Shown here: in pieces, positions 40,331-53,264 of the stretch | Position numbering within the stretch: the first letter of the stretch is position 1 | Layout of the letters: every line of letters begins with the position of its first letter | Source of the DNA: Haliotis cracherodii | Lineage: Eukaryota | Length of the DNA stretch: 64,000 bases | Direction of reading: 5' to 3' | NCBI RefSeq assembly: GCF_022045235.1 | Contig: NW_027266266.1 | Span: forward strand, 44,020,001 to 44,084,000 | The notes under the pieces: generated by a model | What the model was told of the DNA's origin: nothing | The model's input: the letters and a program-made list of their open reading frames with translations, nothing else | The model's database searches: none | Position numbers and translations under genes: made by a program

Positions 40331-42224
40331 AAAACCACACTCAAATTTTGCTATATAATTATTGAGCCAAACTAAACGTTAGATACTTAAAACATTTGTA
40401 AATGTTACCTCGACTGTGTATGTATTTATTACATTGTATACAGCTGCCTATGTCCATTGATGGTGGGTTTGCTGTATAAGAAATGTATGTACGCATCTTG
40501 AATCTTGAAACTTGTACCTTATCCCCAAATAAGTTGGCTCTTGTGAGGAGTCGAGGTCCCACTGTGATCCAGAATGATAATAAGTGGTCAAAATACACTT
40601 ATGCATGTACCGCTTCCTTGCTGTAACATTGCTGAAGACATTACATAATCCTGGCGCGTGCATTCCTTAAGTTTGTTAATGAGATATTACTTGATGCAAT
40701 TCCCTATTTGGACTTGTACCATATCTTCCCGTGTTTTTTTTCAGGTGAACACTTGACTTGCCTTTGCATGTGTGTGTGATTGGTGTCACAGGTGGGGAGG
40801 ATACGCTCAGCTTTTATCGAACACATGAGTGTTTTACATTACACGTTTCTATAAAGGAATACCTCAGCTGATTGGCTTTTCACATACTTATTACACACAA
40901 TGTTTGTAGGGCACTCTCTCAGTATACAATATTCAGGACATCTTCAAGTTGAGACAGCTGCCGGTCTTTTCACTTCCATTAAAAAAGTGTTCTTCAGTAA
41001 TGAGCTTTATGTATATCCTCTCCACATATGATACAAATAGATACTTTTGAATATGAATCTCCCATCTCACTGGGGCTCCTGTCTTAAGAGGCCAAGAGTA
41101 AAATCATCGGGACGGCCACTGCACTTTTGGCATGTTGATTGTGGTCGAGGTACAACGTGATCTGGCCTTATTACCTTAGTGAGAATATGATCAACAATTT
41201 TAGAAGGTACATGCATGTAAACCAGCGTGAGCAAGGCAGTATGGAACTGGGCACTGAGCACTTAGCTCACAATAAAACGTTGCGAACGCAGGGGGACTGT
41301 TTTCATTTCAAGAATTAATCCGATTGAACACCTACCACTGGGGCGGATATATGTTGGCTTCCGCTTCCTTACTGTAACATTACCTGAATACAGGTCAAGT
41401 ACATGTGAGTGAGAGAGTGAGTATGTTTTACACCGGAATTGGGCTTCACATATCATAGCCATTTGGGGAATCGAACCGGATCTTTGGCATGTGGATTGTG
41501 GACGAGGTAAAAGATGTTGTAGATGAGCTATGTATTGCGTAACATTCCATGAAGAAACAGTGTCAATATTAAGTTATCACAAACTACAAAATATATGCCC
41601 AATAAGTGACAATTAAAACACACAGGTACATTCAACATACAAAGGAGATACATTATAACAATTTTATTTAAAATAAGTGTATTATAATGATATGGAAACA
41701 GAGTGAGAATTGGGCAAAACTATGGCAATGTGGTCCACCAAGGAATTTGTTTGTAATTTTTTTATATGATAACAGATCTTGGAGGTTGTTTCTGGATAAT
41801 TGTTGGTAAAATTATGAAGAACTGTGTTTACTATTTAAAAAAATGTTTTATTTAAGCCTACCAACATTTTGACCAGAAATATTGATATTTGCTGGCAAAG
41901 CATGTTTAAGAATGACATGTGTTGTGTTATCTATATAGGACTTGGAATCAATTATTGATAATATTTTTGGTACTAATAGTGAGTATATGTCAGTTCTGTC
42001 TGACAGACCCAGTTATGTGTTTTCTTGCCTTGGTTTTCCTTGTTGTGACCATTTAAAGACACTGTTTCTTTTATCGTGCCTTCCAAAGATAACTACATTA
42101 ATAACAACCAATTTGTACTTTAAACCAATTCTCTCCTCCCATAGCTTACAGTTCCTTCCTCTGCACAACCCATTATATGGCGGGGAACAATTGACGCACT
42201 GCAGCAATCTCTCCTTGTATCCTC

Positions 42225-45200
42225 TGGAAAGCGTAGTTTGACCGCGCGGACGTGGCAGAAGACAGTCCGTGCTGTGAATTTCGATCCCGATCCGAATTGA
42301 GAAAAGTTAGTAAAACAGCAGTTTGGCGTTTGTGAAAAATGTAGTGATTGCTGTGAGTACCGCCGACTTCAAAGCAAAAAACGAGCAACACCATGTAGAA
42401 CAGTCACATAAACAGTTAGACAACAACATCGGCGCACTAAAATACAAAGTCCATCCCGTTAATAAAAAAAAATATCCCCAACAATGTCAACACTGTCTCT
42501 CATTCGGCAATAAATAAACAAACTGCGAAAATCTCACCCTATGCCCCCAAACCATGCCATTCAAGAATGCACTTGGGTCCCCTACTGTGTCAATTGTCAA
42601 GCTGAAGGTCACACATCCAACCAGAACACATGTCCCATCAAGCAAACACATCCTTAAAATTAACAAAATCATCAAACAATAAAACCTCCCCAAACCCCAA
42701 CTATTCCCTTATACGATTACACTACAGATGACCAAGAAGACTACTTTTACCACTCACCGACCAAACACTAGACTCATCTTTCAGCTCATCTACCCACTCA
42801 ACCATCCCAACTGTCCCTCAGAACCCCAAACAATATTCAACCAACCAGCAATCCCTCACCCTGTCCCATTCCCCACTAAATTACCAGGAAAACCTACCAA
42901 GTTAACAAAATACAAAACTTAAAAACAGCAACCTCTACAAACATTACACCCCCAGAACTACACAGCAACATGAACCAAATATTTGAGTTTATAGTTGCCG
43001 CAATCCTCATGAAACTACCCACTGCCCCAAAACTACATAACCTTGCTACAAAGTCCAAAGATTACCAAAAGTCCCTCGCCTCCCCCCAAACAGCCACCTT
43101 AAAGCTTAAAAACCCTAATTAAATAACTTCACTTCACGTCACCTGTCACCCTAATTCCATACGTTTAGTCCAAATTAGCCCCCACCATATTATTTATATA
43201 TACATTTCTTACCCTCTAATCCCTTGTGATCATACAATGGAACTGCAATGGTCTCCGAGCCAATGGGCTTGAACTTAAGGGCCTCATCAGCTCAAACAAA
43301 ATTCAACCACAGTTAATAGCACTACAGGAAACCCGACTATCTACTAAAATGGCCTTCAAAATTCCAGGATTTCAATTTATTCGGAAAGATAGGCACTCCC
43401 TCCCCAATATTCCTGGTATTTTCATCAAAACTCTCTTGATGATAATATTATTGATATTCCTACCCCTAATCTAGGAGTCCTTGCAATAAATACCACTGTT
43501 AATAAAAGTTAAGAATAATAAATATATACCATTCAAAAACCAAACCCTTCATGATCTAGACATCATAACTGATTATATAGAACCTAATACATTATCCTCG
43601 GGGACCTAAATGCACACCATCCATTGTGGGGTACAAACAATTATACAGATACATATGGAAGACTTCTGGTAGACTAGATAGACAGCAGTAACCCTATTTA
43701 ATGAAATGACAAACAATAAATCATCTTCAAAATTCAACTGCAGTGGACATAACAGTAACTACAGGTAATCTATTATAAAACAGTTGGAAAGTGCATAACG
43801 ACAACTGGGGTAGCGACCACTGCCCCATCAAAATAACATTAAATATATATACTATCCTCCCCCACCCCACCCCACCCCACCCCACCCTACCCAACTGAAC
43901 CCCCCTCAGACACCGCCAAGGAAATAAATTTTAATTTTAAAAAAACCAACTGGCAACTATTTACAAAACTATGCAACCAAACAGACACAGACCAAATCCT
44001 CGACACAAACATAAACACTTTCAACACAAACCTCACTAATACATTACATGATATAGCTATAAAATGCATCACTACCAGCAACACAAACCACACCCATAAC
44101 CCAATCCCCTGGTGGAGCTCTGAAATTGAAAATAAAAATTAACAAAAAAGGCTCTCACTAAACCAAAGAAAGATATTACCCTTATTTATAAATCTTAGAA
44201 ACAAAGCAAAACAACTTAATAAGGCAGCAAGGACAAGCCACTGGCAATCTTTTGGTAACGGGGCGGTCGGGTTGCCTAGTGGTTAAAGCGTTCGCTCGTC
44301 ACGCCGAAGACCCGGGTTCGATTCCCGACATGGGTACAATGTGTGAAGCCCATTTCTGGTGACCCCCGCCGTGATATTGCTGAAATATTGCTAAAAGCGG
44401 CGTAAAACCATACTCACTCACTCACTCTTTTGGTAACACCTTAATAATTCTAGAAAACGGTAGAAAAAAGTGAAAACCACATTGAAGTTACTCCTTCAAT
44501 TATACAACAAAAATGGACATCAGGCACCGCACCATCACTATGGAAACTTGCAAAAGTTGTACCAGTCCTGGAACCAGGAAAACCCCAGAATCAGCCTGAT
44601 TCCAACCGTCCCATATCACTCACCTCACATTTATGTCAAATTCTAGAATCAATTATTGATATCAAACTCAAACATCATAATTCTATAAACAACCTCATTA
44701 GCCCTGGCCAGAGTGGCTTCACAAACAATAGGCAAACTTTAGACCACATTTTACATTTGGAACAAGGCATTAGGACAGCACAGACACGAAAACAATGCAC
44801 CTTGGCCATATTTATAGACTTTAGTGACGTTTTCAAAATGGTTTGGCAGAATGGTCTAATTCAAAAACTAGAAAATAAAGCCATAAATGGGAGAATTTTA
44901 AATTTCATTCACTCCTTTTTAACAGACAGAAATATAACAGTTAAATCCCATGACACCTTATCAGATACTCACCCATTAGAAAATGGCACCCCACAAGGTA
45001 GCATATTGGCGAGGACATTTTTTAATTTCATGATCCACGACATTTTTTCCAAATTCCATACAAAATAATAATATTTCAACAGCAAAATATGCAGACAACA
45101 TTTCATTCTAGACCTCATCATCATCATTAAACTTGATTAAAACAAAAATACAGTCTGCACAAGTGGGGATTTCAAATTAACACTAAAAAACTATTGACAT

Positions 45201-46655
45201 GCTTTTAAAAAAACAACATATGTTAAATTATACACCCACACTTCACTTAAACAATGAAGAAATTACATTCCAAAGAGAAGCAAAATTTCTAGGAGTCACT
45301 TTTGACCAACACCCTCGCCCGGACACCCCATATTTCAAAATTGGTCTGCTCTTTGAAACAGATTTGAACCAAATGAGGGCCATCAGAGGCACTGACTGTG
45401 GATCAGACAAACAAACACTTCTTAGTATATTATATAAAACACAAATACACACAAAAATTGATTATGCCACTCCGGTTTTAAGTGGCATTTCATCACAAAT
45501 CATAATAAACTAAAATCTATACAATACCAAAGCCCTAAAAATAGCTACCGGTACCAGGACTGGTACTTCCCTTAATGTACTACTACATATGACAGGCACA
45601 CTCTCAATCACTGACAGCAGCAAACCAGCTTACATTACTGGGCTGGGGCCAAACATAACCCAATATATGAAACTCTCACACAAAATTATGACAACATTAA
45701 GAAATCGACAATTAATAAATTCAAAACTCACCCAGAAAAAGACCCTTAGGTTACCCACTTATACAAACTACTACAGATCCATAACCTTATGAATATCAAA
45801 CACACTCCCCCACCTTAACACTATATACTTGAACAACCAGCTCTAGTAATAGACACCCCACTCCACAGTTTTCTACTTACACAAACCAACATTTCCCCTA
45901 CAGAAAACAACCGCATTAATACTCAATTACATACACACTACCTGGCCATCACATACACACATATACCCAGATGCCTCACAGCACAAGAACAATAACACGG
46001 GGCTAGGTATCCATGTAGACCAGGCCCAATCTATGAGTACTAATTATCACTATAAATATTCACTTATATTGATACTGCTGAATTACTAGCCATACTTACA
46101 GCCCTTCATCTAGTCAAAACTCTCAGACAAAACAACTTTTTAATCATTTCTGACTCCTTTGACTCACTAAAACAAACTTTAAAACAAACATTCAAAAACC
46201 CGACCCGACTTAATCAACAATATTATCCATTTCATTTCAGAACTAAAACTAACAAATAAATCTATAACTCTACTATGGGTCCCTAGCCACTCTAACATAC
46301 CATGAAACAGCCTTGCAGACATTGCAGCTTAATTAGCCACAACACACACACATCCCTATCTATTGACTTCCATACTTCAAAAACCAAGTTGAAATAAAAA
46401 ATAAAACAATCCATCAAAATTCAAAATTTCCAAAACCTCATTCCAAATTGTAACTCTATCTGGATTAAGACCTTGTTTCATAAACCAATCTACAAATGAC
46501 ACAAATCATTAGTGGCAACACCAATTTAAACTATAATGTTTTAAGCAAAATAGACACTCTAATGGTAATTGCACCAACTGCCTCACCCCCAAGACTTAGA
46601 TCATGTTTTAACCACTGTCCTCTTTACAGCACCTTTCACTCTCAACTATACCACT
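42225..46655 (+). mobile_element. I-group (I/Nimb-like) LINE copy A, decayed, internally deleted
   Basis: ORF1 zinc knuckles (QCQHCLSFG, CVNCQAEGH..CP). APE (IIQWNCNGL, IALQETRL, LGDLNAHH..WG, GSDHCPI). RT (RPISLTS, QSGF, GTPQGSIL, YADNI). RNase H (DAS, AELLAI, ISDS, WVPSH). C-terminal HCP. Many stops and frameshifts. Confidence 0.93.
44260..44425 (+). mobile_element. tRNA-derived SINE family 1, full length, inserted in LINE A
   Basis: A box tgcctagtgg, B box ggttcgattcc, (actc)n tail, 12-bp TSD tcttttggtaac at 44248-44259 and 44426-44437. Confidence 0.96.
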
Positions 46656-46656
46656 T

Positions 46657-47789
46657 GCTTGTTGCTTGTTTATGGGGTTTAACGTCGTAGAGGACAATCC
46701 GCGCTGTAGATTTCTATCCCTATCCCAAATGGTAAAAAGTTTCTTAACATTATAGATTTTTAGTCAGAATTTGTTTGGGAGGTTCTAGAATCTGTTGATT
46801 ACATGTAAGTTGGCATCAAGGATGAAGTTAGATATTGCGTTGAATATGTTGATTGGGTTTTAGGGACTGAAAGTAAGGAAATATTGTGGTGATAATGAGA
46901 TGGGATAGAGTGATAAAGTTTGGAGTAAAGGGTGCTGTAGAAAGGACAGTGGTTAAACATGTGGTCAAGGTCTTCTGGGCTATTGCAGTGAGGACAGCTG
47001 CCATTATCATGTCTGTTTTGTTTAAAGAAATAATAGTTCAGATTGATATTGCCAATAATTATTCTTGGTATGGTTTGGTCGAGATATGTCGAAATGTTAT
47101 AATTGTGGCATTTGTTGACTGGTTTATAAAAAAGGGTTTTTAGCCAGTTGGAATTCGAATTTTGAATAATATGCTGGTAATTTTGAATTTTGATTGTTTT
47201 CTTAATTTTTTACTTTAGTTCAGTTTGGGATGTATGCAAGTGACTAGGTAGTGATGAGTGTGTGGTGGCTGTTTTTGCTGCTCTGTGTGCTGTGTTGTGG
47301 CCAGGTATGTTGGAATGGCCAGGTGTCCATAGTAGACTTATTTGTTTATCAGTTTCTTAAATTCTGCTCTAAGGTGTATGATGTTGTTAATGAGGTCAGG
47401 GCGGCAGTTTGAGTGTTTGCTTTGAATTTGTTTTAGCGAGCCTAATGAGTCAGAGATAATTAAGATTTTTTTATTGAAGTGTTTTAGTTGAATAAATGGC
47501 TGTGAGTATAGCTAGTAGTTCACCAGTGGGGTAATTGGTGTAGTTGTCATAAGGGTAGTTGGTGGTTATGGAGGGAGTCTGGTCTATATGGATAGCTAGC
47601 TCTGTTTTATTGTTTTTATTCTGAGATGCATCTGAGTAAATATGTGTGTGTTGTTGGCCGTGTAGAGTGGATGTGATGAAGTATGAGTGTTCTTTTATCA
47701 GTAGGGGAGATGTTGGGTTGTAAGAGAAGTGTATTATGAAGTGACGTGTCAATTGGGGGGCATGTAGGTCTGAAATATAGTGCTGTGAT

Positions 47790-47844
<55 letters not shown>

Positions 47845-50800
47845 TGATATTGGTGAGATTGTGTGTTTGTAGGAGCTTGTGTAGGTGCGTCATGTAGGGG
47901 GCTTTGTCTGGGTGGTTTTTAAACTTGTGTGTTGTAGATTTGCAAATGTTGTCATATTTGTGTTTGAGTGTTTTATAAATTGGGTTGTGTTGGGCCCCAG
48001 CCCTGTAATTAAGTATAGTTTGGTATCTCCTGTGAGTGATTGAGAGTGTTTTGGTCATGAGTAATAAGGAGTTATGGGAGGTACAAGTTCTGGTGCCAGT
48101 AGCTATTTTATGGGTTTTATCGTGAATTGATTTTTATTTGTTATGGTTTTCGGAAGATATGGCACTTAATTAAGACTGGAGCAGCATAATTAATTTTTGA
48201 TTGTATTATTCTTTGTATATGGAGAGGAGGGTTTGTTTGTCGGATCCCCTGTCATTACCTCTGATGGCTCTCATTAAGTTTAAATCTTTTTCACATGAGG
48301 TGACCAATTTTGATACGTGGGGAGTCCAGGTTAGATGTTGGTCAAATGTAACTCCTAGGAATTTGGCTTCTTTTTGGAAGATAATTTCTTTGTTGTTGAG
48401 ATGAAGTTTCTGTGTATAATTTCTCATATGTTGTTTTTTGAATAGTAAGCCAATGGTTTTTAGTGTTGTTTTGAAATCCCCACTTGGAAGCCCATTTTTG
48501 AATATTATCCAATTATCCACTGCAGACTGCATTTTGTTTTTGATTAAATTTATAGATGATGAGGAGGTCCAGAGGGAAATGTCATCTGAAAATTAGGCAG
48601 TTGAAATTTTGTCCTTTTTTTTTATAGAATTTGGAAAAATATCATGGATCATGAAGTTAAATAATGTCAGCGATAAAATCTACCTTGTGGGGTGCCATTT
48701 TCTAATGGGTGTGTGTCAGAGTGATCCATGGGATTTTACTGTTATGTTTGTGTCGGTTATGAATGAGTGAATGAAATTTAAAATTCTCCAATTAATGGCA
48801 TTATTTTCTAGTTTTTGAATGAGGCCATTGTGCCAAACCATATCAAAAGCTTAACTGGAATTTTGTTTAATATTATGTAAATAATGTTGTCCAGACCTGT
48901 GGCTGAGGCTGTGTTTTTTGTTGTTATGGCTGGTTGTAATTCCTGTATGTTAAATAGTTTGTTGATAGGGAGGTGGGTGAGCTCAGGTTGTTGTTTTTTA
49001 CATGTAGTATACGTATTGATGTTTGCTCGGAGTTGGGAGAGGGGGGCGTTGGCGGAGCTGCTGGTGTTAGCAAAATGGGCAGCAATGGTGTTAGCTTTGT
49101 CTTTATTTGTGGGTTGGTCCTTAAGATCTGGGTTAATTGTTTAAATTGTTTGTTTTTTAAGTACCCTTGATGGTTTTAAATTTATTCCACAGGTTTCTAG
49201 AGTTACTTTTGCCAGTTGTTAGGGTGTTACAGAAAGATTGCCAATGGTTTTTCCTCGATGCCTTTATAGTTTGTTTGGTTTGATTTCTGAGATTAATAAA
49301 AAGTGGAAAGTTTGATTTGTCTCTCCTTGTTTTATTGAGAGCTCTTTTTCTTGGTTTTCTTAAATTTTGAATTTCAGAGCTCCACCAGGGAACTGGGTTA
49401 TGGGTGGGGTTTGTGTTGCTTGTAGGTGTGCATTCGATTGCTATGTCATATAGGGTGTTGGTGAGATTGGAGTAGAATGTGTCAATATTGGTGTTATGTA
49501 TTTGATTAATGTCTGTTTGATTGCATAGTTTATTGAATAGTTGCCAAATGGCCTTTTTGAAATTAGAGTTATATTTAGTGAAATTTTAATGGGACAATGG
49601 TCGCTACCCCAGGTATCATTATGAACTTCCCAGCTGATTTTTTTTGGAAAAATTGTCTGTTGTTAAAGATAGGACCACTGCTGTTGGATTTTGAAGATGG
49701 TGTAGAGGGCATTCAATGGGTGTGGAGGGTGGGCTGGTTATAGTTGAGTGAAATGAGGTTGGTCCTGTCAATCCAGTCTACCAGGAGTCTTCAATATTTA
49801 TCAGTATAATTTTTTGTGCCCCACAATGGATGGGGATCATTTAGGTCTCAGAGGATAATAGTATTTGGTTGAATGTATTTTGATAGTATATCTAGGTCCT
49901 CAATGTTGAATGGTTTGGTTTTAGTGCGGTAATTATTTATCAATCTTAACTTATTTTGTTTTTAGTGGTATTAATAGCCAGAACTTCTAGATTGGGGGTG
50001 GGGATGTCAATGATGTTGTTGTCTAAAGAGTCTTTTAGGAAAATGCGAGTCCCCCCCAGGTTATTAGTGGGGCGGGGTCTATCTTGCCGAATGAATTGGA
50101 AGCATGGTATTTTGAATGCCTTTTTGTGTGATAAGAGGGTTTCTTGGAGAGCTATTATGAGGGGTTGAATTTTATTTTGGGCTATGAGGGCCTTAAGCTC
50201 ATGCCCATTTGCTTGGTGAGCATTGCAGTCCCATTCAAAATCTCCATGGCTGATAGGGTGATAACTGACTTTATCAAATGTATGGTGGGTCTTATTTGGA
50301 CTAATGGAGGAGAATGGGAAGAAAGATTTATTATATTTAAGAGGAGAGTTAGTTTTTTAAGTTTAAGGGTTTAAGAACATCTTTGGTGTAACCATCAATT
50401 CAAATAAAAAATGATTTCATTATAAGAAATTGTTTTTTAAAGTGAATTTACACCATTAAAGATCTCAGTAATGAAGATGATATAATGCCCTTTAATGAAC
50501 TTAAAAGAAAATACCAAATTAAAGGCACAAATACTGACTTTTACCAAGTTCTATTAAACATACCAAAATCCTGGAAAGATACTACTAGAAATAATCACAT
50601 TATCTTATATAATCAACATTTCAATATAACCTTTATTGACTTACTTGTAGCGCCTAAAGGCTCCATATATTTTTATGAAAAGACTATAACTACAGCAAAA
50701 CCCCCAACAGTCTGTGAAAAATGGGATACCATTCTCGACATATATCATAGAAGGATCATACGGCATGCAAAAAAGATATACATGTATCAAGTATTAAGAA

Positions 50801-51500
50801 AAACAAATTGTCACTTGAAACGTTTCTGAAGACTTTAATTGATATATTTCGAATAGAGAAATCAATTGCACACAAAAACAATACAATAAGACAGTTTGAC
50901 AGAAAATGGAAATATTTGGCAAATGAATTGTCTGGCTAATGTTAGTTAATATTTTTTTTTAACATGAACAATTTCCACTAATGTGCTGTAAGTATTTAGC
51001 TTCACACTTAGTTAATAAACATTGCAAATGTAGCCTGCCCGTTTCACCACTTGTAAACATTGTTGTACACCTGTAGCCTACTTATATTAAATTTTGCTGT
51101 CTGCTGTATGGGCATGTAACCTCCACTTAATAAGTATACCACATCATGTGCTACTCAATGTATTACTCTGTAAATCATATTCCGAATTGAATAAAAAAAA
51201 TAAGGGTTTGAGGGTGGCTGATTGTAGGGAGGTGAATGACTTCTGGTAGACTTTGGATTGACAGTGGTAGACAGTGTGTGTAATTTTTGTGCAGTGGTCA
51301 TTTTTCATGAGTATGGGGCCAACTATTTTCAGGTATTGTGGGTGGTTGGCTCAGGGGCGGGGATGGATGTCAGCCGTTACTATTGTTTGTGTGTATTGTG
51401 GTGGGTGTGAGGGTGCTCGGTGTTGAGTTTTGTGTTTTAGTCTTTGGGGTTTGGTTTGGGGGTGCGGAGTAGGGTCGGGGTGTTAGGGTTTGTCCCCTCA
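46657..51500 (-). mobile_element. I-group LINE copy B, same family as A, opposite strand, with intact 3' UTR and tail
   Basis: Minus-strand EAKFLGVTFDQHLTW, IYSDAS, GELLAILTAI, APE motifs and the end of ORF1. 3' tail gacgttaaacccc+(aagc/aaac) at ~46657-46686. (TG)n expansion at 47792-47840. Confidence 0.92.
50373..51200 (+). mobile_element. 5'-truncated, internally deleted Tx1/L1-type LINE nested in LINE B
   Basis: LWCNH..IKDL..MPFNELKRKYQI..IPKSWK and IEKSIA..FDRKW. AATAAA plus A-tail at 51190-51200. TSD taagggttt at 50364-50372 and 51201-51209. Confidence 0.88.
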
Positions 51501-51619
51501 GTTACAGTTTTTTTGGTATGGTGATTTACTTACATTTAAACCATTTTTATTATCTTTCTCCACCTACCCCGCCCATGAAGTGGATGTTAAACCCCTAAAT
51601 CACTCAGCCAGTGAGTACC

Positions 51620-51990
51620 ACCGGGGTGTTATGTGGATTAAAGAGGAAAGAAAAATTATTTTTATAGTGTAAAGAAATAGATTAATAGCAGGTTTGTTGA
51701 TAGGCTTATATATAAGGGACAGATGTTCAAAATAAGATTGAGGTCGCCTTGGCTATTGTATGCAGCACATTTACCATTAGGGTGTATATTGAGTTTATGT
51801 AACTAAGAATTTAAATTTGGGCGCTACCATGGATGCTGGTAATAATTTATCTAATTGGTTCGAGGTGGACAAATTGTGGCATTTTGTATGTGGTCTTGCA
51901 TAAAGTGATTTTATCCATACAATTTTGAATAAGAATGTGAAAATTTTGAATTTTGATGTTGTTTTTAATTAGGGTTTTTATTTCGACCTT
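51620..51990 (-). mobile_element. 3' fragment of a third I-group LINE copy (C)
   Basis: Minus strand KTLIKNNIKIQNF..HKLNIHPNGKCAAYN..ILNICPLY is homologous to the ORF2 ends of A and B. Confidence 0.7.
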
Positions 51991-52009
51991 ACTAGATGAG
52001 AATTTGAGT

Positions 52010-52210
52010 TGAAGTGAGGTGCCAACGGTGTGCTAGGATATGCTCACTCTTTAGTGAATACCGGGTGGAAGGCCTGCACCACTTTGGGCTTTCATCCCAC
52101 ATTATTCTGATACGTAGTGATACAACTGAAACACTGGGCTTTCATCCCACATTATTCTGATACGTAGTGATACAACTGAAACACTGTTCAAAGTGGTGTT
52201 TAACTCACTG
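52010..52210 (+). mobile_element. V-domain-like SINE remnant with a ~50-bp internal duplication
   Basis: gggctttcatcccac occurs twice. Related to 63200-63424. Confidence 0.55.
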
Positions 52211-52264
52211 AATTATGTGGTACTTCAATTGTTTTGTTTGTTGTTTAACGCCTAGGACAAGTCA

Positions 52265-52950
52265 TTTCATAAACCTTGTTGGCTGACACACTCCAGTCAG
52301 AGTGTATTGGTTGATAAAATTTCTTCAGAAGGAGAATGACTTAATGGTAATAATCTGCCTTGAGGAAGAAGATTTTAAAGCATAGGTTTTTTTGGTTGTT
52401 TTACGCCACACTCAGCAATATTTCAATTATATGATGGCAGTCTGTAAATAATCGAGTCTGGAACAGACAAGATGATTAATTGACATCATGAGCATTGATC
52501 CATGCAACTGGGATATGATAACATTCATCAACTAAGTCAGCGAGCCAGACCACCCGATCCCGTTAGTCGTCGCCTCTTACAACAAGCATGCGTTGCTGAA
52601 TTCTAACCTGGAACTTCAGGGTCTTAAAGCAAAGGAATGGGTATGAGCGAGAATCATTTGACAAAGTCACTCCATACATGTTAGAGGAATCTCCGTCACA
52701 GGGATGGCATTAATGTATACAAACAGGTAGCAGTGAATTTTTTAAAACCAATAAACTAAATTGGTATAGCTGATGAAAAACGCAGGTATACCAGGGGAGG
52801 TAATCCAGGAGGATATTATTCTTACAAATAAGAATGTTGTTCTCAAAACGTTGAAGCGTGAATATCAGTCCTTGTATAATGTGGAACACGGTGATTTATT
52901 TTAAGGAGGACTATTTCCAGAAAATTGTAGATGATGTTGCTAATGAAGTA
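52265..52950 (+). mobile_element. LINE EN-RT linker remnant, split by a family 2 insertion (52385-52623, - strand)
   Basis: EDIILTNKNVVLKTLKREYQSLYN..EDYFQKI. The insert is flanked by the TSD ttaaagca(t/a)agg. Confidence 0.6.
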
Positions 52951-53264
52951 GTTCCATTACCCTAATGGCAATGGTCTTTTCGAAGCATATCCAATGTAGG
53001 AGGTCGAGGCTGTGAATCATGCTCAATGTGTCAAGGCAGTGGGTTTGTTTTTTTCCTGTGAGAAGCGTTATGGACCTGTTTGGTTTTACCAAGGGTGCGA
53101 AATTAAAGACACACAATATGTATACTTGAAACAAATCATAAAAAAACTATCATGCTGTCATTTCCGTAAAAGACGAAAACGATACACTTATTACCTTAGG
53201 AGAAAGAGCCTGTCCGGCGATAATACTAATATGCTTTGGCTATACTACTATTAGGTATATAGGT

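Noticed and set aside
41700-42220. Additional minus-strand LINE RT fragment
   Set aside because: Only vague similarity (VVIFGR, ARKHITG); too decayed to support a call.
44260-44335. tRNA gene
   Set aside because: It continues into a SINE body and tail with a TSD, and there are multiple truncated copies.
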